From Zygnema circumcarinatum SAG 698-1b (taxonomy: Eukaryota > Plantae > Zygnematophyceae): DNA of 64,000 bases. Position numbers and translations under genes: made by a program. Location: NCBI GenBank assembly GCA_037447605.1, contig CM074806.1, positions 2,294,001 through 2,358,000 of the forward strand, read 5' to 3'. Of the stretch, positions 27,569 to 39,225 are shown piece after piece. Numbering within the stretch: the stretch's first letter is position 1; each line of letters opens with the position of its first letter. The notes beneath the pieces are model-generated. The model was not told the origin of the DNA, searched no databases, and saw only the letters and a program-made list of their open reading frames with translations.

Positions 27569-28237
27569 GTGAGATGCGGCCTCACGGCTATAGCCAGGAC
27601 CAAGCCCCTTCCCCTTTCCCCATACCCTCATGATCCTGCGCATCCCATTGAGCCGTCGGTGAATCCTCACATACCCGATGTTTCTCGTCCAGGATATCGG
27701 GGTCCTTATTCCGATCGCACACCCGAAGAGAGAGAAGCTGCTAGAGCCGATTTGCGCCGTCGGATGACAGAGGCAGGGGTTCCAGAGGGCGTTTGTCTTG
27801 CCTGCGGCCTGAATCATAATCTGCGGCTGCGTTGTGGACCATGGACCTGCACCTTCTGCCAGATCACGGGACATGATGCCCGTGTGTGCATGCGGAGACT
27901 TTCAAGCGAGAAGGCCCGAAAGGGGAAAGAGGCAGCTCCAGGGAGCTCACCTGCAGAGATCACCTTCATGGACATGCTCCCGGCTACTCACACACCACCG
28001 AGAACTCCGGCTCCCTTTAGCTTGCCTCCACCTCCTTCTACCCCGCTTATACCATCACAAGGCGTCGCCCGTTACATACTGCCCCATGGAGTCCCCTTCG
28101 CCCGACAAGCGCGCATTAAAGGCGAGCGTCGGCTGCTGCGCGCCCTTTTCACCTGGGTGCCCATTACAGCCCGGCAGTGCGAATCACCATCAGTGCGAGG
28201 GTGCTCAGAAGCGGGATTCGCCGGAGTACTGCCTTGA
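27569..28237 (+). pseudogene. gag fragment with zinc knuckle(s)
   Basis: CTFCQITGHDARVC (CX2CX4HX4C), preceded by CLACGLNH...C and followed by a proline-rich linker. Confidence 0.75.
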
Positions 28238-29699
28238 GCTCCTATCCACCAAAGCGATCCTCATGCTCATCCCTGCCCTTCCTCCCTGCCAATGCCAGCG
28301 GCACCGGCTCCTCTAGCACGGCTCCGCGATTGCGCCGCACGTCCGGAGGGCGGTCCTCCCTCGCCCCAGTCATCCCTTAGGATCCATGCTGAGGAGAAGC
28401 TGCGGTGATGAGGAGGGGAGCAGCGAAGCCTGACGAGCCCGGCGGCACGGCGTACGGAAGAAATGCATCAGCCGCCTAAGCCCACCGGGCAGCCCACGTT
28501 TCTACCCCAAGCAACCCGATCGTGACCACCCCGACCAGACGGCACGTCACTGATTGAGCATGGTTCATCCGGCTCATGGGAACAAGGCTAAGATCGGCGT
28601 ACCTTGTCACGATTGATCTTGTTTGAGGTACCAGTCTTTGCAGCGTCGGATGCGTAAGCTGGCCCGGCGGTCACGAGGCCACCTGTGGCCTCCACGGTTC
28701 CATGGCACCTCCTCCGGACATCCCTCGTAGGCGAATGCTCCACCACATAGCCCGGCGCCTCTTCGGACCCGGTTAAACTCTCATGCATCCTCTCGCCCAG
28801 TTCCGTTCTTCCTCTGATCCCAGCACCCAGCGTCGCGAATCATTGTCCAATGTATGGCTAAGCAGTCATCAAGCAAGAAAGCCATGATCGACAGGAGCCT
28901 ATCTTGCCTGATTCACATCCAAGCCGATTGATAGCAGAGAGGCTGCGAGGGGTTAAGTTGAACAAGGCGTACCGAGGCCATTCCCGATATGTGGGGGTTG
29001 AGGGGAGCCTACATGAAGGATTGGGCAGTGCCCAAGTGATCATCAGCCTTGGCGAGATGGGAGCCACGGTGAATGCGGTCATCACGGCCGTTGAGCACTA
29101 TTCTATCTGCGGGGCTCAGTTGGCTCATTAGATAGAACCTGCGTCTGACTTTGCTACATGTCGGTGCACTTATCTGGCTGGCCGGGAGACCCATTGCTCT
29201 TCCCATCATCCTCGGTCCCTTGCCTTACCTCCGCCTTCCCCAAACGCCACGCCACGGCGCAGGTCTCCTACCCAGAGATCACCATGTACCATTCTGTCGG
29301 CAGCCCCCATTCTTCCTATGGATCGGCCAATTCTGATACCGATGGCGAGACTTCCCCTCCTGCTCCCCCGAATCCAGCCCTCTGTGCGCCGACGGAGGAA
29401 CTTTTGCCGCCGATGCTTTCATTTTGCGCAGCTTCCCGGCCAGGGCAAAAGCCGGTGATGAAGAGTGGTGGAGATAAGTCGAGATCACGATTAGTGGCGT
29501 ACTGAGACCGATCAGCATTCTCCAGCTTCGCCAAGTCTTTGCGAAATCACCTAGTTTTTAGCGCGACATTCACTTCGACATCGGCAAGACCCACGGTGGA
29601 AGCACCATATAGATGCGAGTGCACCTCCGTGACCATGACTCCCTAAAGCTTTCCGCCCGCTCGGCCGGGCGATGTCGAGCAACCGGTCGATGAAGCGTG

Positions 29700-32018
29700 G
29701 CAGCCCGGCTTGATGGGTGCGGAGAAGGGCCTTAGGCCAGCCACGGCCAGATTACGCCCCAAAGCGGATGGCACACTCGCTTCACGTGAAGGCTATGTCC
29801 CGGAAGCGAATGCCGCCGGTAGGATCGCCTCGTTCTGGGATGTGGACCTGATTCTCCGCGGCGTCTCCCCGAGGACCCGATGGTTCGGCCACTGGACATC
29901 ACGAGATCGCGCCTGGCGGATTCCCCTGCTGACGGGCCGGTATTTGCAAAACGAGGGGGCTGCGCACAGCCACCGCAGCAGTAAGGTGTGACGGTGCTTC
30001 GCTTTAGGCTCCAGGAGTCCAGCCAGACTCACCGGCCGCGTAGCCAGGTGTCGGCCACATCGCGCCTTCTGCTTGAGCTGCCCGTGAATGATGCATCCCT
30101 CACGGCAAGGACTGGTCCTCCCACCTGCAACACATTGACCAAGTGCTTCAACAGCTCATTAGTGCGCGTTTGAAGATTGCACCCAAGAAGTGCAAATGGG
30201 GCCATCAGGAGATCACTCATCTCGGGCACCGCCTCGGCATCAATGGCCTGAAACCATCACTCGACAAGATTGAAGCGATTGCCCTTATGCCGATTCCACA
30301 GACCCTCACTCAGCTCAAGTCCTTCTTGGGGCTCACCTCATTCTATCGCCGGTTCATCAAGGGCTATGCCCTTATCGCATGTCCCTTACATGCTTTGGAG
30401 AAGCACGGAGCCCAATACGAATGGAGCCGAGCGCAGGATTTGGCCTTCCACCCCCTCAAGAGGGCCCTCCTTCAGCCCCCTTGTCTGCATCAATTTGACC
30501 CCACCACGCCCAACCATCTCATTGGCCGTACATTTGGAGTCGGACGGGACTGGGGGCGTGCTTGATCAAGCCTTAGCTTCTGGGATAAGGGAACACCCGG
30601 TCGATTATGCTAGCGAGGGTTTGTTAGGAAGCCGAGACCAAATGCCCGACCCTGCGAGGGTGGCTGGCCAGTGATACTCAGGCAGCAGAAGTTCAAGCTC
30701 TTTACAGCCTACCAGCCCATTATCATTAGGACTGACCACATGCCACTCACTTGGCTGCACATCATGGCTACCCTACGACCTAAGTTTGCACGATGGGTGA
30801 TGAAGTTGGAGGAGTATAATGTGCTCAAGGTCACCCACCGTCCCGGCCGCAGTCACGGCAATGCTGACGGCCTCAGTCGCAATCCTTCGGCTCCCCTCCT
30901 CTGTCACGATCCGGCCGTTCCTGAACCCATCCCTCCACCCACCCTCTTGAACCCTGAGCATCTTCCCATTGAGATTTTTATTGCCGCTCAAGACTTGCAT
31001 GATGTCATATTCGCAGATGGGCTGATCGATATTCCGGCCACGGCCACCACCCTCCATCCCGGCTGGGAGGGGACCCCAACTACCCGGCCACCCCATGCGG
31101 ATCGTAAGGAACTCCTGTGGATGACGATGGTGAAGCTCCTGCTTCCTCCCCATTTCGGCGCCAATGGCGTCCATTGAAACCTCCCTTAGCGCTCACGTCA
31201 CTGACCAGCACATTGCCCCTTGCCACATCCGCGGACACGAGGTCTCGGTATCGCCCAGCGCTGGAGAACTATACTGTTGATGATGAAGGGCAATTCTACA
31301 CTTTCGCCTCCGGCCTTCTGTTCGCTTTCCCCAACGGCGCATGGAAGTGCGGGCGTAAGCACGATTCCGGCCGGCGGATTCCTGCCTTAGCTTGAAGAAG
31401 ATAAGGTAACCCTAGCTGCCGGGAGGCCTTTAATTGTGACCTCCCATGTAGCAGCGGTAGAGCATATCCCGAAACACTGCACCCGTTGCCAGCAGCGGCA
31501 AGCGCTCTGCTCCCCGACCGCCAACCACGGAGATGGGTGAGATCCCATCTGGCGTCGTCGAAAGATTGAACATTGACACCTTTACATCCCCGGCTTCGGC
31601 ACCCCCCTCTGGCTACATTCGGGTCTTCCTAGCCGTGGACAGATACACCAAGTGGGTAGAAGTTCATACGACAGAATCTAAGCATTCCATCCACTCTGCT
31701 CGCCTCCTGACGGCCATCATTCACCGCCACTCTCTACCCTACTCTGTCCACTCTGACAACGGCACCGAATACAAGGGGGCATTTGCCAAGCTCATGCAGG
31801 ACTTCCGCATCATTCACCACACCTCTAGCCCCTACTCCCCCTGGCAGAATGGGCTTGCAGAATGTACCATACAGACGGTCAAGGATGCGTGCGTTCGCGG
31901 CTGCGCGGAGCTGGAGGCGGACTGGCGCGAGGTCATCCCCTCTCTGGTCTTCACGTACAACACCTCTGTTCACTCCTCAGCTTCTCTCCCTCTGAGGAGC
32001 TCCCTCTATGGCCCGTAA
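29700..32018 (+). pseudogene. pol fragments: reverse transcriptase, RNase H and integrase (broken frames)
   Basis: LKIAPKKCKWGHQEITHLGH...QLKSFLGLTSFYRRFIKGYA (RT/connection); TDHMPLTWL...ARWVMKLEEYN...HRPGRSHGNADGLSR (RNase H); IDTF...VDRYTKWVEV...SDNGTEY...SPYSPWQNGLAE (rve integrase). Confidence 0.9.
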
Positions 32019-33132
32019 GCCCGCATTCCCCTTGACACTCCTCTGCTGGAAGGCCCTCTTCTACGATGGCCTTACTCCCCGGATCGGTCGCCAAGCTTAA
32101 ACTCTGGCCTCAAGCTTCAAACCCTAGATTCCATGGCCTCCCACCACCGAGCCTTGCGAAGGCGACAACTCACCGACTGCAGGGGCCCGTATGTGCCACT
32201 CCCGCTTGATCCCTAAGGTGGGTGCCGCGTGTCAGCTCATTTGGCTCGGGAATCTCGCCAAGCCCGACTCGCGGGCTTTTCCATGGTTGGAGCCCCTTCA
32301 TTTGTGGCCGATGCGTCGAGGAAGTCGAGGATGGGCCATCATTTCGAGCCACGACTCTGAGTAAGGAAAAACGCCCGTGACTGGCGTTCTAACTGGATGC
32401 GACGACCGATGCGCCCGTCGGCGTTTCCTCCCCAGCGTGGCGGGCGTTTCTGCGACCCGGCAACCTTGGTCTCCTCATACCCCTGCCATACCCGACTCTT
32501 CATTGGTCATTTCTAATTCCGCCACTTTTGCCGCCGCCAACTTATTCGCTTTGTATCGGCCGTACCGCTGATTTCAATTTAATGCTTACTCCCTCCTCCA
32601 CCTCGGTCTATGAGTACTCCCCATTGCGAATGTCTGGGAAGCCTCCCACCACGGCCACCGACTGCGCCTCCGTCCACGCGTCATCGCGGCTCCTCCCCAC
32701 GCCCTTTGTCTCTCTTCTTCCTTTAGCGCGGCTCGCGATGCGCGGTATTCCCCGGCATGTACTCACGGATGGCGGCGTAGCGAACTTCGTTTAGCGGATC
32801 GCGTCCGTCGGTTGGCCGCGGCATATTCATATTGATGTCACGGGCCCGGCGCTAATCCGGGGAGTTTACCCGACCCGGAGAATGTCACGCAAAGCGGCGC
32901 CATGGTGGCGGCCGCGAACGGCACACCCGTCGGCAAAGCGCACTTTCAGGCGCGCCTTAATGCCGCCGATTATGCGTTTGTTGACCTGTCCGAGAATCTC
33001 AGCGTAGTGAGTCAGGCCTCTCGGTGAAGCTGATTGGCCCAATCGAGAGGCCATCCACTAAGACTTCGGAATCTCATGCGGTGTCATTAGATGGGATGTC
33101 GATGTCTGCAAGTTTGTCTTTAGTCTTTGAGG

Positions 33133-33605
33133 CGTAGCGCTATACATGGGTTGTATGGCGAGTACTTACGTATCAGCGGTTGCCTTTTAATGGTAAAACA
33201 GCGGTGTAGATGCCCAGGGAGGTCACGAGAGTTGAACACTAGCTGCTTGGCGGGGTTCGTTATTAGTATCGAGCCAGGGCCGGTATTTGCAATCCACCCC
33301 AAAAACACCCGTGATCTCGAGCATGAATGCGGATTGGCCCGAGTCGAGCTGATCCAGCGCTATGACCCAGAGGAGTGAGCGTATATTTGGGCATGTGTGG
33401 GAGCTTGAGCAGCCTTTCGTGAAAAAACCTTGGCTAGCATTTCGAGGGCGAGCCGGTTTAGGTGGGGAGAATGTAGCGCTATACATAGATTTAATATGGC
33501 AGTACTTACATCCTTGATTTGCCTTTTAATAGTACCCAAAGCACTGGTGTAGATGCAAGGGAGGTCTGAGAGTTGAACCTAGCTGCGAGGCAGGTTACGT
33601 TACTA
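33133..33605 (+). mobile_element. TRIM-like miniature LTR element (~470 bp) inserted in the Gypsy 3' LTR
   Basis: Absent from the 5' LTR. Direct repeats of ~130 bp (33133-33263 and 33472-33605) both begin (T/C)GTAGCGCTATACAT; PBS-like TAGTATCGAGCC follows the first and PPT-like GGTGGGGAGAA precedes the second. Confidence 0.72.
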
Positions 33606-35600
33606 TGGAAGCTTAGTATTTGTATTTCTTTGTGTGGTTTGTTGTCTTGTTCTTCTCTTCTTCCTCTTGAGTTCGACTAACGGATGCTAAGTGTGAGGGA
33701 GAGAGAGGTTCCATACCATAGATAGAGAAAGAGAGTCTTCTTCAGCATTAGCATTTAGGCGTCCCATTCAGTAGCTAGACAAGATTTCGATTGAGAAGAT
33801 CCTTTCATTGTAATGACTATCCCCAGCCAACCGCTGGCTGGGGTGACTTTCCAAAATACAACCTTTATCTAAATTGAGTCCTGTTTTCCCTTTGCTGTTA
33901 CTATGCCAAGCTACCATCTTGTTCTATCCTGCCTTGCATCCCTCCCAATGACCAATGATAACTAGAAGCCTAGCTAAGAGACTAGCCGAGGAGAGGACAG
34001 GGGAAGAGAGCCCCCAAGGAAGGGCTCTTTGCGCATNNNNNNNNNNCGGTGGGAACATCTTCAGGATCCCTACGTCTTGCGCGTACCTCTGAATCTCCCG
34101 GATCCTGGCTCTATGCTGCAGGCAGACCCACAGGACCAACACAACCCTTCATCAGTTTCAGCACGGACGCGCGAGTGGCCGTACAGCACCTGCAACTAGC
34201 TCAGCAGTCTCCTCTTAACCCCACTTATCTTGTGCTACAAAACCCTAAGACCCGTACTAGCCGTACTAGCCGTACTTGCTGTACTAGCCGTTACGGGCTT
34301 CAGCAAAACTCACCGAATCTTCCCGCACGTGCCGCCGTAAGAGGCGCTCGCTCGTCTTTCCTCCTTTTGGCTCCGATACGACACGATACGATACGATACT
34401 AGACGACACGGTACGATACTGTACGCTATTATACGGTACGATACGTACGGTTCAACATGAACTCTAACAATACCGCCCGTCTATTGGTAACACGAACCTT
34501 CTATTTGCAAAAATCAATATTTTCGCCTCATATTTGCCAAAACCATGGCGAAAATATGAGGACTGTTGACTGTAGTACGGCGGGCTGTACGGTTTGCCTC
34601 GACTGCTTTTGACATGGAACCCCGAGGGGCACTCTGGAGGAGACGTGCGCAGCAGGGCCCAGTGCAGGCACAGCTTCATTCTGGTGTCATTCTGTTTGTT
34701 CGCAGGAGTGGTGTGCATGAAACACGATCTACACGTTTGCGAATGCAATGTAACTGATAAAGAGTTTTGAGGGTGACGAGGGGGAGGATTTCGCAAACGA
34801 GGGAGGAAGGAACAAGCATGAAGGCAAGTGGACGGCCTCATGGTCTCTCCGTCCCCATTCGCTCTCCTCTTCCCCCTTTCCTCCCTGCCCTCGTATCTCT
34901 CAGTGGTCGACCTCTCTCTATTCATCTAGTTGTCATTATTCTTCTCTCTTCAACTGCGTGAGATAATACTTGGGAGAGATTTCACATACGGTTGACCAAG
35001 TTAACCCAAAGAGTGATCAACAGCATTAACAAGATATAGGCGGTATAATAACTTTGCAATAGAGCAAGAACAACTTATTGATCTTCCAAGGGCACGTGGA
35101 GACCTTAAAGCATGTGGAATCCATTGACCGTGTCTGTGCCTGAAGGCTACAACACTTTTAGAGTTTCAGGCCCTGTAGGGTCTTCGGGGTTTCTGAAGAG
35201 TTGCTTTGTCAAAAGTCAAACTCTCAAACGCACCACTTTTTAAAGCAAGAAAAATACTGGAGGCTATGAGAGATTGGTCAAATACAAAGATTGTTCGAGC
35301 AGTGGACATGAGCAGTAGACATAGAAGAGGGCGACTTTAGAAAATGTCAGTATGACAGACAAGTTGGTGAACCTTTAGCCCACACTCATCACGTTGTACA
35401 GAACCTGTACAGGCGGGCAGGTTCCCATGCAGAAAAAGCTTGCTTCTCTCCACGAAAAGAAGACTCCATCTTCATTAGGTGGCAGTACGGATGCATTAAC
35501 ACACTTCTTAATTCTGTCAAATCATACGAAAACCTCCTGAAAGCTGGGCTCCACTCCTCCAGTATTTCCTTAAATAAGCGGCAGGCAACTCCGCGTGGGT

Positions 35601-38153
35601 TCACCAATCAATGGCCAAGTTTCTTGAACTGAAAAGGGCTTCGACATAGGTTATGATGGGAGCTGAGGCATTTACATACTCCTCTGCACATTTTCGCCAA
35701 CTGTCTTCTGCATGCCACAAAACACCATAGAGTAAGAATATTTGCAGCAGGAAAAGCACACGACTGATTACTCGGCTTGTGAATGGCGACTTGTTGGTTG
35801 AATCTTTCAAACAGACTAGTTCACGCAGAATGGGGACAAGACTTCTCAATAAGCACTACTTCCGCTTAGTAGAATAAAGCTGTGCCTTCCTGACCCTCGA
35901 CAGTACTAAGAGAAAATGTTCAACCAAGATGCCCCGGAAAGATTGAAGCAGAAACCGATACAGTGTATGCACGCCAGCATACGCACGTAGCATTCGCCAG
36001 TAGACAGGAGGAAAGCGACACTGAATGCTCTTGTTACAACAAAGAGCTCAGCCAGGTCTAGCCGGTTTAGCCGCCAGGTCACAAAAGTTCTACTCATGAC
36101 TACCACCAGGTAAAATGATGTACATTCTTGGGAGTCCAATCTGGTCATACCCGTTAGCGAACTGCAAACAAGATGTAAAAGTTGCACTTCAATCACAGCA
36201 AAGGCCTGCTTTGCATAGGATAGGAAGTTAACAAGGAAACGGAAAATTTTGAAATGAGTGACGAAGTAGATGATGAATTCTGAATAACAACTCAAGCTTT
36301 CAAACTAAGGGAATGCGAAAGTACAGGGTGTTGAGCCTGGTGTTCAGAGGTATGTACGACAAGCAACTCTCAGTAAAATTTTTAACTTGCGGCAACAAAA
36401 ACTAAACCTTTTGAGTTTTTTCTCAGAGCAGCACGTAACTACGACTCGCACACTCAAAACCAGGGGCAATTTTGAAAAGGACATTTCCAACAAAGGTACA
36501 CGTCTGACAGGGGTGTTCTCGTGAAGAGAGCTGAGGAAACTCAGATAGACAACTTGCGATTACTCCTAAGCCTCCAGCCTCATTTGGAGAACAAGGCTCC
36601 CCGACATAGATTCTGCCCTGAAAAGGAAAATCCGCTGCCTCATGCCAAACCGGTCCAGAAAGGACGGCTGAAAAACTCAACTACTGCAGCAGGAAGTGTT
36701 CGCGAAGTAAAGGTGTACTGACTAGATAGACGAAGCTGCAACACCCGTTTCATTGTGACAAACTCACCGTCTTCCTTTAGCTTCCGAAGAAACGCTTGCT
36801 TTGTTGGCAAAGCCAACATGCCAACTGCCACCACCTTCCGAATCGCCCAGCTATGATATGGTGCAAAAACCTGATCGTAGGCCTTTGATGCGCAATCTTT
36901 GAGGCTCACAGAGCTGCAAATTCAACGGAAAGTTGGAGAGCCTTAATAATACAGAAGTTGTACTTTACACGGATGAGCGCCATCTATAGCCCTTGACGAT
37001 CGACCTGTCTAAACAGCATTGCACATTAACAAAGAAACTAGAAGAATCAACTCACTCATAAACACATTCTTGTGCTCGTGCAACGCTCTGGAAACAGCAA
37101 ATACTTTTTTCAACCCGATGCCTTTGAAAAGAAAAATTACGCTGTTTCACACCATTCGAATCTTTACAGCATTTAGAAGTGGGACGATTCTATTATGCTT
37201 TTACATGCAAGGCTGCTCACCTATCCTCAAGCAGAATCTGAAAGATCGTCCTGTTCAATTCCAAACCGCGTTTCACCCTTAAAAGATTTCTTGTATGGCT
37301 GCCGGGTGTCCTCACAGAGCCGAGCCGCACATCATTATCAACGAGTTCGGGCAACGTCCTAAATTTCTCAGCTGCCCTCCGTAAATCCTTCACCTGCAAC
37401 AATCTAGTCGCATTTCGCTCAATGAAACACAAGGTGAACAAATTTGCCCAATACGAAGTAAATATTGCTATCGTCCCAGAAAAGACATCTATAGGCTTAC
37501 AGCCTGATGAAGACAAGAACCATGGGAAGCAGCATACTGACACAGTTAGCACAAGCTATGAACGTGAATGAGGCAAGAACTTCAGCAGAATAGAGAATTT
37601 CAGATATGAAATTGCTTGGCTTGAATAATTACCAAAAGGGCGATTCTATAATGGAAGAGATGCAGAAGAATCTACAAAATCGCATCGGTTTCTTCAGTGC
37701 TCACCGGGCAACGGATCTCCTCCCTCTTCGACTTTCCTCACTCCAACAACAACATCTTTTACAACGTCAACACTAATTCCCCAAAAAATGCCGTAAACAA
37801 ACAGACATTCCGAAAATCACATCAATCGCTACAGATATCTGAAACAAAGGGAGCGCCTTCGTCACCTTGTCTATATAGTCCCGCCCACCGAAGCTGAATG
37901 CGACCCCTAGTATTTGAAACAATACTGAAATGTGATCGCAGGCTTCAACAAATGGAGCGGTGGCCAGCTCTTCATTTTCCCTATCTTGCCAAGAATACAG
38001 AAGACGTGTGAAGGCAGTTGCGATGCGAGGAAGCGGCATTGTATTAGGAAGTTCGGGAGTAATCGTCGGTTCTGAAATCATCTTATCCAACTTCAAGTCT
38101 TCAACACGAGTTGGCGGTGCGGAAGCCAGCGCATGCTCTCCATTGCTCGCCAT
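35601..38153 (-). CDS. ACD11: ACD11-like glycolipid/ceramide-1-phosphate transfer protein (GLTP fold). Exons 38153-37866, 37393-37220, 36914-36768, 35707-35601
   Basis: LATAPFVEACDHISVLFQILGVAFSFGGRDYIDKV...GSHTRNLLRVKRGL...SLKDCASKAYDQVFAPYHSWAIRKVVAVGMLALPTK...LFSSRNLAIDW*. Confidence 0.9.
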
Positions 38154-39225
38154 GCTCCTTCAGAACTCCAAGTTTCTTTATACCAACTTTTATCACCAGT
38201 TTGACAACTCCAATAACATGTTACAGAAAGAGCAAAAAATCTGTAGACTTTCGCAAGATAGCCCTTCGGAATCTATAAGGATGGAACAGATCGCACCGTG
38301 GAGTCTGTATCTCCGCAACCGACATGAGCGTTGTCTCGCTGCCCCATCTCAGAAGCAGCGAGCAAGGCAATGAGCCCTATTAAAGCTTTTCTCACATACA
38401 CTTTATTAAGCTTCAGCACAGCTTCAACCGGGCACTCCCATAAGCAGCCTGCCTGCTACTCCCGCTGCCTGGCTGCCTGGCTGCCTGGCTGCCTGCCTCC
38501 CGCGAAGGGCCGATCGCAGCAGGAGGCCATCGCACGTCAGGACAGGGACATGGCCTCAGGGAGTCGACCACCGCCGTACGTACCGTGGTACGGTACCCTC
38601 CAGCACTATTCATCCATGCATCAATGCATCCATGCATCCATCCATCCCTCGCGTCGATGGCAGTCGATACGATACGACGATACTTCCTTGATGGCCGACC
38701 GCCGGACCGGGAAACATAAAATAGTGCGCTGGCGCTGCCCAACAAACGGGACGGTATGTTTTTCTGCCTGCAAAACACGCAGAGCCTTAGGGAGACAGAA
38801 TAATGAGGTGCGCCCAGCAGAGGTGCCGTACCGACCGTACCGTACTTGATTCCTATTCCTTGTCGCGTAGGAGCCGCGGGGGCCCGAGCGCGGCCGTACA
38901 GTGAAAGGATCTGGAGGAAGCGCAAGGGCGACCGGGATCTGCGGCCAATGAGACCGCAGCTCGGAACCTCAGCAGGCGCGAGGGCCGTCCGATGCGCCAC
39001 GCGGGCCGCACCGCAGCTAGCAGCAGCGCGGTAGCGCGCGACGCGACGGGGCGTGGCGGGGCCTGGCGAGCCGACGGCCGGCTGGTTTGGTCGGGCCGCG
39101 CCCTCTGGACCTCTGCCGCCGGGCCACGTCGGCGCTGCGGCGGGCGGGCGGGCCGCCATGCAGGCAGGCGGGCAGGCGGGCAGGCGGGCAGGCGGCCCGG
39201 TCCGGTCCGGGACCGGCGCGGCACG

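Larger units (their letters stand above)
25195..34239 (+). mobile_element. Ty3/Gypsy LTR retrotransposon, ~9 kb, frameshifted as assembled. 5' LTR 25195-~26178, PBS 26179-26190, 3' LTR ~32776-34239, 4-bp TSD AAAC
   Basis: AAAC|TGTAGC ... GCTACA|AAAC; PBS TGGTATCAGAGC (tRNA-iMet type); LTR 3' ends identical over ~100 bp; domain order gag-RT-RNaseH-integrase. Confidence 0.93.
18945..34572. mobile_element. Outer Tc1/mariner(pogo)-type MITE, about 480 bp when reconstructed (18945-18970 + 25070-25194 + 34244-34572), split by nested insertions
   Basis: TA|CAGTCAGCAGTCCTCATATTTTC at 18943 is the inverted match (1 mismatch in 23) of GAAAATATGAGGACTGTTGACTG|TA ending at 34574. CAGT termini with a TA duplication are characteristic of this superfamily. 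Confidence 0.8.

Noticed and set aside
33133-33605. Cassandra-type TRIM carrying 5S rRNA sequence
   Set aside because: No 5S A/C-box similarity recognised on either strand of the terminal repeats.
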